Shown in pieces: positions 35,355 to 48,100 of a stretch of 64,000 nucleotides of DNA. The position numbers and the translations under genes are program-made. Origin of the DNA: Macrostomum lignano (Eukaryota). How positions within the stretch are numbered: position 1 is the first letter of the stretch; each line of letters opens with the position of its first letter. The stretch spans positions 6,681 through 70,680 of the forward strand of contig NIVC01000836.1 of assembly GCA_002269645.1 (NCBI GenBank). Reading direction: 5' to 3'. The notes beneath the pieces were generated by a model that worked only from the letters and a program-made list of their open reading frames with translations, ran no database searches and was not told the origin of the DNA.

Positions 35355-37750
35355 CTAGTAGAGGGTCATAGCGGGTGCCAAGTGGTAGTAGAGAGTCATA
35401 GCGGCTGGTAGTAGAGAGTCATAGCGGCTGGTAGTAGAGAGTCATAGCGGGTGCCGGGTGGTAGTAGAGAGTCATAGCGGCTGGTAGTAGAGAGTCATAG
35501 CGAGTGCTAGTAGAGGGTCATAGCGGCTGGTAGTAGAGGGTCATAGCGGCTGGTAGTAGAGGGTCATAGCGGCTGGTAGTAGAGGGTCATAGCGGGTGCC
35601 GGGTGGTAGTAGAGAGTCATAGCGGTTGGTAGTAGAGAGTTATAGTGGGTGGTAGTAGAGAGTCATAGCGGTTGGTAGTAGAGAGTTATAGCGGTTGGTA
35701 GTAGAGAGTTATAGTGGGTGGTAGTAGAGAGTCATAGCGGTTGGTAGTAGAGAGTTATAGTGGGTGCTAGTAGAGGGTCATAGCGAGTGCTAGTAGAGTG
35801 CCATAGCGAGTGCTAGTAGAGGGTCATAGCGAGTGCTAGTAGAGGATCATAGCGGGGGCTAGTAGAGGGTCATAGCGGCTGGTAGTAGAGGGTCATAGCG
35901 GCTGGTAGTAGAGGGTCATAGCGGCTGGTAGTAGAGGGTCATAGCGGGTGCCGGGTGGTAGTAGAGAGTCATAGCGGTTGGTAGTAGAGAGTTATAGTGG
36001 GTGGTAGTAGAGAGTCATAGCGGTTGGTAGTAGAGAGTTATAGCGGTTGGTAGTAGAGAGTTATAGTGGGTGGTAGTAGAGAGTCATAGCGGGTGGTAGT
36101 AGAGGGTCATAGCGAGTGCTAGTAGAGGGTCATAGCGAGTGCTAGTAGAGTGCCATAGCGAGTGCTAGTAGAGGGTCATAGCGAGTGCTAGTAGAGGATC
36201 ATAGCGGGGGCTAGTAGAGGGTCATAGCGGCTGGTAGTAGAGGGTCATAGCGGCTGGTAGTAGAGGGTCATAGCGGCTGGTAGTAGAGGGTCATAGCGGG
36301 TGCCGGGTGGTAGTAGAGAGTCATAGCGGTTGGTAGTAGAGAGTTATAGTGGGTGGTAGTAGAGAGTCATAGCGGTTGGTAGTAGAGAGTTATAGCGGTT
36401 GGTAGTAGAGAGTTATAGTGGGTGGTAGTAGAGAGTCATAGCGGGTGGTAGTAGAGGGTCATAGCGAGTGCTAGTAGAGGGTCATAGCGAGTGCTAGTAG
36501 AGTGCCATAGCGAGTGCTAGTAGAGGGTCATAGCGAGTGCTAGTAGAGGATCATAGCGGGGGCTAGTAGAGGGTCATAGCGAGTGCTAGTAGAGTGCCAT
36601 AGCGAGTGCTAGTAGAGGGTCATAGCGAGTGCTAGTAGAGGGTCATAGCGAGTGCTAGTAGAGTGCCATAGCGAGTGCTAGTAGAGGGTCATAGCGAGTG
36701 CTAGTAGAGGATCATAGCGGGGGCTAGTAGAGGGTCATAGCGAGTGCTAGTAGAGTGCCATAGCGAGTGCTAGTAGAGGGTCATAGCGAGTGCTAGTAGA
36801 GGGTCATAGCGAGTGCTAGTAGAGTGCCATAGCGAGTGCTAGTAGAGGGTCATAGCGAGTGCTAGTAGAGGGTCATAGCGAGTGCTAGTAGAGGATCATA
36901 GCGGGGGCTAGTAGAGGGTCATAGCGAGTGCTAGTAGAGTGCCATAGCGAGTGCTAGTAGAGGGTCATAGCGAGTGCTAGTAGAGGGTCATAGCGAGTGC
37001 TAGTAGAGTGCCATAGCGAGTGCTAGTAGAGGGTCATAGCGAGTGCTAGTAGAGGGTCATAGCGAGTGCTAGTAGAGGATCATAGCGGGGGCTAGTAGAG
37101 GGTCATAGCGAGTGCTAGTAGAGTGCCATAGCGAGTGCTAGTAGAGGGTCATAGCGAGTGCTAGTAGAGGGTCATAGCGAGTGCTAGTAGAGTGCCATAG
37201 CGAGTGCTAGTAGAGGGTCATAGCGAGTGCTAGTAGAGGGTCATAGCGAGTGCTAGTAGAGGGTCATAGCGAGTGCTAATAGAGGGTCATAGCGAGTGCT
37301 AGTAGAGGGTCATAGCGAGTGCTAGTAGAGTGCCATAGCGAGTGCTAGTAGAGGGTCATAGCGAGTGCTAGTAGAGGGTCATAGCGAGTGCTAGTAGAGT
37401 GCCATAGCGAGTGCTAGTAGAGGGTCATAGCGAGTGCTAGTAGAGGGTCATAGCGAGTGCTAGTAGAGGATCATAGCGGGGGCTAGTAGAGGGTCATAGC
37501 GAGTGCTAGTAGAGTGCCATAGCGAGTGCTAGTAGAGGGTCATAGCGAGTGCTAGTAGAGGGTCATAGCGAGTGCTAGTAGAGTGCCATAGCGAGTGCTA
37601 GTAGAGGGTCATAGCTAGTGCTAGTAGAGGGTCATAGCGAGTGCTAGTAGAGGGTCATAGCGAGTGCTAATAGAGGGTCATAGCGAGTGCTAGTAGAGGG
37701 TCATAGCGGGGGCTAGTAGAAGGTCATTGCGGGAGCTAGTAGAGGGGCCA
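35355..37750. repeat. 23-bp minisatellite (GCTAGTAGAGGGTCATAGCGAGT)n with higher-order periods
   Basis: The variant GGATCATAGCGGGGG recurs at spacings of 352, 352, 161, 184 and 184 bp. Confidence 0.96.
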
Positions 37751-38949
37751 TAAACACAACATCCGCAATACAAAAGATATCCCAATTCCCAACTGTAAAG
37801 TCCCAATCAACCTGAGCATTAGCCAAGACCTCTGCTCCTCCCCAAAAGCCTCGCAGTTTCAAATCAGACCCCTCTAAGGCAGGTGTTTTTCAACCGGTAC
37901 CCAGGGCCCCCATACCGAACCGATCCCTAAGCATGCATTCATTGCCATTTCGACTCCTCAAATTTAGCAAGCAAATCTGGATCAATTCTGGGCCAGTTCG
38001 TGTCCTGGCGCTGGTTGAAACAGCTTGCAAAATTTTAGGATTTGGGATAATATATTTTTTAAACGTAAATCCTCATTCTCAAGCCCACATTTTAAAGCCC
38101 CCCAATCATTGTTGCTTCATTGTTGATCGGGTAGATGAGCCTACAGTCTAACACCAGGCAATCAATCTCCCCCTACGCCTCTTTCCCGCAATAGCAGTTG
38201 CAGCTGTCCCAGCTGCAAATCCGCCTGCTAAACTGCTGTAGATAAGTTTTGGGAGTAGAGAATGGAGTTTAGAAAAAATCCCCGTTTCAAATGAGGGTCC
38301 AAGACTGGACGCGGGGGGAGGGAAGAGAGTGAGAGTCAGGTAGTGTGCGGGCTGCAGAAGAGAATTAATCAGAATGACGGTGAATGGCGGCAGCTGCACC
38401 GAGGTGGGCCGCGGCTGCAGATGTTTCCTGCAGCTGACGACAGCAAAGTAGAACGGAGGAGAGCTGGGCACGAGCTGCTGCCGCTGCCCAGATCCCCCCG
38501 ATCGAGCACGGACCCCCATAGTCCGCCCGCAGCCTTGTTGGTCTCCCTCGCCTGTTGCAGCTGCTGCCGCCGCGGCAGGAGGGGAGAGGAGGCTGCTCAA
38601 TGACTTCCACAGCTGCGGATGAGCTAACCGAAGCCTCTTATAAACCCTCCACCCACCTCACCGCCTTGTCTGTCTGTCTGAATATGTCTTCCACTTATTC
38701 TCCGGTTTTGTGTACACAGTTGCGATCGGGGGCGGCAGTGCTCGCGTTCACACGGGGCTGAGTCAAGGACTCCTAAAAACCAAACTTCTGGGAGTGGTTT
38801 TTCTCATGAAACTTTTTTGTAGAAATCTGAATAAATTCTCCCAATAGTTTGGTTAAAAATATCATAGCTTAACAAGATTTTTTTTAAAATTGCGTCAATT
38901 TTTTATTCTAGATGCCAAGTAGGATACAAAGAAGTCGTTTCGTTTTGAG

Positions 38950-39880
38950 ATTTTAGCTTGTGCCACTTTAGCGCGCCGCAGTTGAGATTTTAGCGCCATT
39001 CTAGCGCCGCAGTTGAGATTTTAGCGCCATTCTAGCGCCGCAGTTGAGATTTTAGCGCCACTCTAGCGCCGCAGTTGAGATTTTAGCGCCACTTTAGCGC
39101 CGCAGTTGAGATTTTAGCGCCACTCTAGCGCTAGATTTTAGCGCCACTCTAGCGCCGCAGTTGAGATTTTAGCGCCACTTTAGCGCCGCAGTTGAGATTT
39201 TAGCGCCACTCTAGCGCTAGATTTTAGCGCCACTCTAGCGCCGCAGTTGAGATTTTAGCGCCACTCTAGCGCCGCAGTTGAGATTTTAGTGCCACTCTAG
39301 TGCCGCAGTTGAGATTTTAGCGCCACTCTAGTGCCGCAGTTGAGATTTTAGCGCCACTCTAGTGCCGCAGTTGAGATTTTAGCACCACTCTAGCGCCGCA
39401 GTTGAGATTTTAGTGCCACTCTAGTGCCGCAGTTGAGATTTTAGCGCCACTCTAGTGCCGCAGTTGAGATTTTAGCGCCACTCTAGTGCCGCAGTTGAGA
39501 TTTTAGCGCCACTCTAGTGCCGCAGTTGAGATTTTAGCACCACTCTAGAGCCGCAGTTGAGATTTTAGCGCCACTCTAGAGCCGCAGTTGAGATTTTAGC
39601 GCCACTCTAGAGCCGCAGTTGAGATTTTAGCGCCACTCTAGAGCCGCAGTTGAGATTTTAGCGCCGTAGTTGAGATTTTAGCGCCACTCTAGAGCCGCAG
39701 TTGAGATTTTAGCGCCGCAGTTGAGATTTTAGCGCCACTCTAGAGCCGCAGTTGAGATTTTAGCGCCACTCTAGTGCCGCAGTTGAGATTTTAGCGCCAC
39801 TCTAGAGCCGCAGTTGAGATTTTAGCGCCGTAGTTGATATTTTAGCGCCACTCTAGTGCCGCAGTTGAGAATTTAGCGCT
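38950..39880. repeat. 31-bp minisatellite (TTGAGATTTTAGCGCCACTCTAGCGCCGCAG)n
   Basis: Direct inspection. Confidence 0.95.
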
Positions 39881-41059
39881 ACAGTTGCTGCGCTATTTCG
39901 GATTTTCAGGAAGAGTTGGCAATCCAGATTCTCCCTCTAAGATCGCTTTGACTCCGGTGAGTTAGGGATGAAGTTATTATCCCCCCCCCTAGGAGGGGAG
40001 AGGAATCCCCGGAGCCGCCCCTATTTTTCATTGTGCCCCGAGCTCCCTGGGAAACAGCTGCAGTTGTTAAACACAATCGGCCTTTAGTTGGTAAGGACTG
40101 GGGCGGGCGGGCCTTCGTCTCCACTTAATTACCCAGCAGAAGAGCGGATGGCCCACTCCTGCTCAAGTGACCCCCGGGTAGAAGGGAAGCTTACTCAACA
40201 GCTATCACGCCTTCAGCAGACTGGCGGGCCATCTCCCAACCCCAGTTCAATAAGAAATTTTCACCTGTTTGCTCAGGCTGCAAACCTTTACAGCAAAGCA
40301 TTATTGAGCCCCATATTGGTATCCTGTTACTTCCGACTTCCTTATGTGCTCAAGCGAGCCACTCCACTGCCTGCTTCAGGCCGCGGTGTCTCTCTCTAGT
40401 TTTGAAAGTTAGGAGCGCGCCACGCTTCGCTGTCAAGCTGATTCGATCCGATTCCGTGTGTGATCAGCGGGCCAAAATATTCCCAGGGCATCCGTTTGCG
40501 CCCGAGCTGCAAGAGGCTTTGATCTATTTTTAGCATCGCTTCAATTCGTGTCAATAATTGCCTTCATTGAATCATCGTAGGAATGACTAGGGGGGGGGGG
40601 GTTCAGGGGGTGGAGGCGGCAGCAGACAACCGTAAACTTACTGCGTATTCGACTGAAGTTCCCATATGAATGTAGATAATGTGTCGCTTTCATACCTTTG
40701 GAATAATTTTTTTTATTGATAATCGATATTGTTTTTTTAATTTGATCTTTTCGGGGAAAGCAAAATGGTGCAGATAGCCGCGGATAGGGGGCGGATAGGA
40801 GGCGGATAGGGGGCGGGGGTAGGGGCGGATAGAGAAGCGGAAGGCGGATAGACGCCGGTTTGTTGCGGATAGATTTTTAGTTTAATAGCGGAGCGGATAT
40901 AGGGGGCAGACAGAGGAGCGGATGCGCTCTCGATAGTCGGGATAAATATTTGCCGTATAGTCAACACAGAAAGCGTATGTAGATTATAAGTTATAAGTAA
41001 ATTGGAATTCAAAATTCAAATATTGAACTACCTTTTAGCTGGTTTCCTGAAGGCGTTTT

Positions 41060-41618
41060 AAAAGCTCGAAACTTCTCAAGCTCAAAACTTCACAATCTTG
41101 AAGCTTCACAAGTTCGAAACTTCACAATCTTAAAACTTCGCAAGTTCGAAACTTCACAATCTTGAAGCTTCACAAGTTCGAAACTTCACAATCTTGAAGC
41201 TTCACAAGTTCGAAACTTCACAATCTTGAAGCTTCACAAGTTTGAAACTTCACAATCTTGAAGCTTCACAAGTTCGAAAGTTCACAATCTTGAAGCTTCA
41301 CAAGTTCGAAAGTTCACAATCTTGAAGCTTCACAAGTTCGAAAGTTCACAATCTTGAAGCTTCACAAGTTTGAAAGTTCACAATCTTGAAGCTTCACAAG
41401 TTTGAAACTTCACAATCTTGAAGCTTCACAAGTTCGAAACTTCACAATCTTAAAACTTCGCAAGTTCGAAACTTCACAATCTTGAAGCTTCACAAGTTCG
41501 AAACTTCACAATCTTGAAGCTTCACAAGTTCGAAAGTTCACAATCTTGAAGCTTCACAAGTTTGAAAGTTCACAATCTTGAAGCTTCACAAGTTTGAAAG
41601 TTCACAATCTCGAAACTT
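41060..41618. repeat. 32-bp dimeric minisatellite (CACAATCTTGAAGCTT-CACAAGTTCGAAACTT)n
   Basis: Two related 16-bp halves alternate. Confidence 0.95.
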
Positions 41619-42048
41619 GGCATCGGTCTACTAAGATCTTGCTAGTAGCCACTTCTGCTAGCTCAAAATTTAAAAGAATTTAACGAAGGGAAATCTCAAG
41701 GTTTTAAGAAGAACCCAGTAGCAGGGTTAAATGATTAAGTCATCAAGTTGTTTCACTTCAATTTTACAGCTTCCGCAAATTTTCAAACTTGCGTGTTAGG
41801 CTTGTTGTTAAATTACAACAATCAAGTGAAACAGTTTTTTTTTGCTTGCGCTTTTGCATTCTAATGACAGACTACTGATAGTAGCTATAAAAGCAATTAT
41901 AATAATTTGCTTACTAACAGTAGCAGAAAACAATATCGTAAAAATTATATACAAGTCCCAGTGACCGCCCCCATTCTCACAAGGGACAGCCTCTTTAGAT
42001 ATACTACTTATTAATGAGTAGTTAGTTTAACAACAAAAGGAGCGCCCG

Positions 42049-42754
42049 TCACTTGACACCGAAGCCCTTGAAGCCGAACAGTTTCTCGATATCTGCCTGG
42101 CCATCCGCGTCGCCGTCGTCGTCACCGTCGACGTCGCCGCCGCCACCACCGGCAGCGCCGGACGACGAAGCGGCGGCTTTCTCCTCTTTGCGCCGGCGTT
42201 TCCGCTCTTTCCTAGCCCGCTTGGCCCGCTCCTCGGCGGCCTCGGCCTCTTTCACGCGATCCTCAAAGCTGTAGGCCTTCTCCTCGGCCTCTTGGCGCCG
42301 CTTCAAGCTGCTGAACTTCGATTTCACATCGTCCAGGGTGGCGCGCTTTACTCGCATCGACATGCCGAGATTGCGCTGATGCTTCTTGCCGTTGATGTGG
42401 TCGAGGAAATTAATTGAGTCTTTCACTACACAGTCGCACACGTTGCAATAATAGCCAGCGTCAGCTGACGGCTTGTTGCTGGTCTTATTGATCACCACCG
42501 ACCTGTTCAGGTTGGCCTCGAGGTTCGGCGTCTCCAGTCTGGGCCGCAGCTCTTCGCGTTTCACGGCGGCGCCGCTACCGCCGGCCCGGGACCTGGCGCC
42601 GCCGCCGGAAGAGCGCGAATCGCGAAGTTCATCAATTTCGCGCGACACCCGCTCCTGGGCGAGCCGCTCGAACTCGTCCCGGTCCCACTTGCGCCTGTGA
42701 TCGGACAGGAATGGCGGAGTTGAGCGGCTGCTTGTTGGACAGCTGTCCCAGTTA
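42049..42754 (-). CDS. ZMAT2: Zinc finger matrin-type protein 2 (Snu23 homolog, spliceosomal), main coding exon; start exon not certain
   Basis: DHRRKWDRDEFERLAQER...GYYCNVCDCVVKDSINFLDHINGKKHQRNLGMSMRV...FGFKGFG is the diagnostic ZMAT2 sequence. Frame is open 42801..42049 with no ATG before the internal GMSM. Candidate acceptors at 42754, 42742, 42727 and 42694 are all phase 2. Confidence 0.93.
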
Positions 42755-42799
42755 CTAAGGATGGGAATGGCTGGCCCAGTCAGGGAGGGGCGGCTGATC

Positions 42800-43790
42800 G
42801 ATCAAAGAATCAGAGGGGGGGGTAGTCGATCGATAATCAGAGGGGGTAGCCGATCGATAATCAGAGGGGTAGCCGATCGATAAGAGTCAGAGGGGGTAGC
42901 CGATCGATAATCCCAGGGGGTAGCCGATCGATAGTCAGAGGGGGTAGCCGATCGATAAGAGTCAGAGGGGGTAGCCGATCGATAAGAGTCAGAGGGGGTA
43001 GCCGATCGATAAGAGTCAGAGGGAGTAGCCGATCGATAAGAGTCAGAGGGGGTAGCCAATCGATAAGAGTCAGAGGAGGTAGCCGATCGATAAGAGTCAG
43101 AGGGGGTAGCCGATCGATAGTCAGAGGGGGTAGCCGATCAATAATTAGAGGGGGTAGCCGATCAATAATTAGAGGGGGTAACCGATCGATAAGAGTCAAA
43201 GGGGGTAGCCGATCGATAAGAGTCAGAGGGGGTAGCCGATCGATAGTCAGAGGGGGTAGCCGATCAATAATTAGAGGGGGTAGCCGATCAATAATTAGAG
43301 GGGGTAGCCGATCGATAAGAGTCAGAGGGGGTAGCCGATCGATAAGAGTCAGAGGGGGTAGCCGATCGATAAGAGTCAGAGGGGGTAGCCGATCGATAAG
43401 AGTCAGAGGGGGTAGCCGATCGATAAGAGTCAGAGGGGGTAGCCGATCGATAAGAGTCAGAGGGGGTAGCCAATCGATAAGAGTCAGAGGGGGTAGCCGA
43501 TCGATAAGAGTCAGAGGGGGTAGCCGATCGATAAGAGTCAGAGGGGGTAGCCGATCGATAAGAGTCAGAGGGGGTAGCCGATCGATAAGAGTCAGAGGGG
43601 GTAGCCGATCGATAGTCAGAGGGGGTAGCCGATCAATAATTAGGGGGGGTAACCGATCGATAAGAGTCAAAGGGTAGCCGATAAGAGTCGGGGAGGGGGT
43701 AGCCGATCGATATAAGAGTCATGGAGAGGGTAGTTGATTGATAAAAAGAGTAGGGGAGGGGGTAGCCGATCGATAAAATAGTCAAGGAGT
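42800..43790. repeat. 27/24-bp minisatellite (GATCGATAAGAGTCAGAGGGGGTAGCC)n immediately 5' of the ZMAT2 coding exon
   Basis: Direct inspection. Confidence 0.95.
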
Positions 43791-44764
43791 GGTGGCCGAA
43801 ACTAATTCGAATCAATAATAAATATAAACACATGTGTTTGGCAGACAGAATCTGAGAATAAGAGCGTATACTTTAAATAAATAAATTTTGAATACAAGCT
43901 TTTCTGCACTCAGACTCCAAGAGAATCGTTCTCCTAATTTTCGATTGCCAACACAATAAAGCAATTTGCACATATAAATATTAACTATTAACAGCGAACC
44001 GCCATTCAGAGTTTTACGCAAAAGAAGAAAATAATGTCCCAGTTACTAGACTGTCTCAGAAGCCAGACCGGAAATAAAATAGAAAAGCAGAAGAAACCCA
44101 AAGGCTGACACGAAGTGAACAAATGAAAATAAAAGAATTAATAAAAACAAAATAAAATAAAACCGACACAAATCATTGCGACATACATTAGGAATCCTTT
44201 AATAATAAACAAAATAAAGCATAAACTTGCACAGCTGCGTTACTATGAGTAGCAGTAATTGCAAATAAAATTCAGAAATTAAGAATCACAATTAGTCACT
44301 CTTGCAATATTATATCTGTTAAGTCAGGGAATGTCACTGAGATTTTCCATTGAGATAAAATGATTAGTTAACTAACTAATATTACAATACTAGATTAGTA
44401 AGCTTCAATTAAAGTGATAAATATGAAGAGTCAAGGTGTCAGACATTGATTGCATAATTTACAAAGAAATGCGCAGCGAAAGTAGTTTTTTTCTAAGAAT
44501 TTATAATAAACTATCAATATGCAAAAAAGCGTTACATACTACTCACCAAACTTTAATGGGAATACAGATCTGAAAGGCTCTACTAAGCTGATTTTTAGTA
44601 AAAAATATTCAAGCATTCAAACATACAAACCTTTGAGATTTAGTATATTTAGATTGAACAAGTATTAAATGGATATTTTTATAAAAGTTATTTCGACTTT
44701 CCCAGTTAATTTGATTACAATTCTTTTTCTAAGAGGCTTAACAGGCAAGTTGCCCGGGTTTTAA

Positions 44765-45065
44765 AGGCGACTCTGATAAAAGTACAAGGGGCGATTTCGG
44801 TTGTGTCAATGGCGATTCTGATAAAAGTACAAGGGGCGATTTCGGTTGTGTCAATGGCGATTTTGATAAAAGTACAAGGGGCGATTTCGGTTGTGTCAAT
44901 GGCGATTTTGATAAAAGTGCAAGGGGTGATTTCGGTTGTCAATGGCGACTTTGATAAAAGTGCAAGGAGCGATTTCGGTTGTGTTAATGGCGATTCTGAT
45001 TAACATGTACAAGGGGCGATTTCTCTGGGTTTTAATGGCGACTCTGATAAAAGTGCGAGGGGCAA
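44765..45065. repeat. 45-bp tandem repeat, about 6 copies
   Basis: GGCGATTCTGATAAAAGTACAAGGGGCGATTTCGGTTGTGTCAAT units. Confidence 0.9.
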
Positions 45066-45163
45066 TGAATGCTTGCAGTGTCCCACAGCAGACACAAACG
45101 CAACAGGGTCACTAATACGGAATAGCACCTAGTGAAGAAGCATCTCTATACAGGTGTCGCTCC

Positions 45164-48100
45164 TCAGTCCTCAGCGTTCGCCGACGATTGGCAGGCGGCA
45201 ATCCGACGCAGCGACTCAATTTCAGCCTGCAGACTGGCGACTCGGTCTTCTAGTTCGGCGACGCGGCGGGAGTCGGAGCCGCACAGCTGGCAGACGGTGC
45301 CACCTCCGCCGCCACTGCTGGCGCCTCCGCAGCAGCCGGTAGGCGTGACGACAGCCGAAGTTCGACCATCGTCAAGCAGCTGCCTGCGCAAGCGGAGTAG
45401 CAGAGTCTTCACCCCGGTGACATCGTGAGCCAGGTGCCGAAGGTCCGAGCCGGGTAGAAGGAGCAGGTCACCCTGAGGAGACGACACTGATCGCGGACGG
45501 AAGCGCATGGAGCTGGCGGCCAGAGACAGAGACAGCGGCGGCTGCTGCTGGCGGCGAAGATGCCTGGTGAGGCTGTCGGGAGGCAGGCTGGCGGTCATCA
45601 GGCTGCCGACAATGTCAGCACAGGCTGCGACACCCGCTTGGTTGTCGTCCGCGTCTTCCTGGTTCACTTCGTATTCCTGGGCGAGGAGAATGGAGAATGG
45701 AGAAAGTGATTAACTATCCCTTTCATATAGCATTGACACCTGCCTGTCACTGTCCTTTAGCATCCATACTCAATTATGTCACTCCACAGACAGCGGAAGA
45801 CAACACGAATCTGTCACTCCCCAGACAGCGGAAGACAACACAAATCCGTCACTCCCCAGCGGAAGACAACACGAATCTGTCACTCCTAAACATCAGAAGA
45901 TCACACGAATCTGTCACTCCCCAGACAGTGGAAAACAACACGAATCCGGCACTCCCCAGACAGTGGAAGACAACACGAATCTGTCACTCCCCAGACAGTG
46001 GAAGACAACACGAATCTGTCACTCCCCAGACAGTGGAAGACAACACGAATCTGTCACTCCCCAGACAGTGTGTAGTGTGAGCATCTTTGCGTGTATTTTG
46101 TTGTAAATTGACTGCATTAGTTTCTATATTGTTATTGAATTGTTATTTTGCTTTAGTTTAGTCACGTTTTTGGTGTACTTTTTCCTTGTTAGTTGGAATC
46201 AATTTTGTGTAAACAGGTTAGAGTTAGACGCCGTTGTGACTCAGCGGAGGGTTGAGTTTTGTCTGCGAACCCCAGCTTTGCGCGGCCAGCCAATCAGAAC
46301 CGGCCTGGACCCTGGCACGCGGCAAGTTCCAATTTTACCCGGCGCCGCGGGCACAGTGTAATTCGGCTTAAGCAAGCGGCCGGCCAGACGACCACCACCC
46401 GGCTTGAGGGGGTTTTGAGGGGTTGTGACTCTGACTATATATGAAAGTGTGTTTTGGCAGTCGGATCTCGCTTGCTCCCTTTCCCCGGTTTTGTCTTGTC
46501 CAGTTCCCGGTCGGTGGCCCGATTTCTCCTCTCTTGTTGGTTCGCGCTTTGAGGCGCCTGAATTCATCACCCCCGGTCCATATTTTTGTTCCCGCCCAAC
46601 CGCAGTAGTCTTGTGGCGTAACGTCTACGGCAAATTCCTGTCTGAAGTCGTCGCTATCAAGCGCGGTTAGATAGAGACTGTCGGATCTGATCAAGTACGC
46701 GGCCTCGACCCCGAGGGCCTCAGTGTTACACTGAAGGGCAGTGCCGATAGAATTTAGTCGGTACTCCGTTGAACGGTCGATTCGGCAGGGCTCTCGTTTG
46801 AGAGTAGGTTCTGGCTTAGGCCAGGGGTTAGGAGTCTTTCTCCGTGGTCCTGTGTTCGGTGCCTTCTCCTTCTTCTTCTTCAAGCTGAGATCCGCTTGTC
46901 AGTGCGTAATATAATCATTGTTATTAATCGTTACTATTCGTTATCATCAGTCTAATTATCTGCGTCGCGAGTTTGCTTGAATCCTGTAACTTGAGTAATC
47001 AAATTAAATCGTCTAGCCAATTATCAGTTGTATCACATAGGATTATCACTCTCTAAATCTTTCGGGTTGTGTTCCCTCGTGTTCTTTATTTTCTTGTACT
47101 GTACCTGCGGCTATTGGAGAAAGACTGGTAGGACTCGCCGACCGGCGATAGGCGATTAGGATTAATAGCTTTAAAATCTCCAAACGCTCCAAGTAGGTTT
47201 GTCTAGGGCCTAAATAATTGCTTACCGTGCCTATTTATCACAAGTGGAAGACAACACGAATCTGTCACTCCCCAGACAGTGGAAGACAACACGAATCTGT
47301 CACTCCCCAGACAGTGGAAGACAACACGAATCTGTCACTCCCCAGACATCAGAAGATCACACGAATCCGTCACTCCCCAGACAGTGGAAGACAACACGAA
47401 TCTGTCACTCCCCAGACAGCGGAAAACAACACGAATCCGGCACTCTCCAGACAGTGGAAGACATCACAAACCTCCTCCTCCCTGATCAAGCAGTCGGCGA
47501 GGTCTGTCCCAGCCCGTGAAGTGGTCAGACTGGCTCCGCCGCATGTGTCATCGTCTCCTCCAGCTCCGCCGCCGCCTCCAGTGTCGTGTTCGCAGTCGGT
47601 GTCGCAGTCCGTGCCCAGCATGAGGTCGTCAGAGTCCAGGCTAGACGCACCGGAGGCCAGACGGGAACGGCGATAAACAGAGGTGGCGGCTGCAACTGGG
47701 GCAGCAACAGATGGCTGAGACGGAGATCGGCTGCGGGAGTTGCAATTATGCGATCTGTAAGAGATCCTGACATCCAACAAAGATCTTAACAAAAAACACT
47801 GGATGAGTTGTGTTTGAATGGAGTTCCAATGATGATTATGATTTTGTTGAATTAAACAAGGACGACTTAAGTGGAAGGACTGGAAACCTCGTTTCTTAGA
47901 AAACATTACGGAGATAGGAAGTTTTCATTTTTTCAGCACAAAAATTGTTATTGTTTTTGATAGGAGGCAGACCCAGTGTTCACCTTTTGATATGTTGTGC
48001 CTTTCTTATTGCCTCTATCGATATTCATAAATCTTTTCATTCAAATAATTAGGATTCTGTGTTAATTTCTTATTCTACGTACAATTGAATATGTCCAGTG

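Noticed and set aside
42744-44049. 14-bp direct repeat TGTCCCAGTTACTA at 42744 and 44036 as a TSD of an insertion
   Set aside because: No poly(A), TIR or coding remnant lies between the copies, and the left copy overlaps the likely ZMAT2 acceptor.
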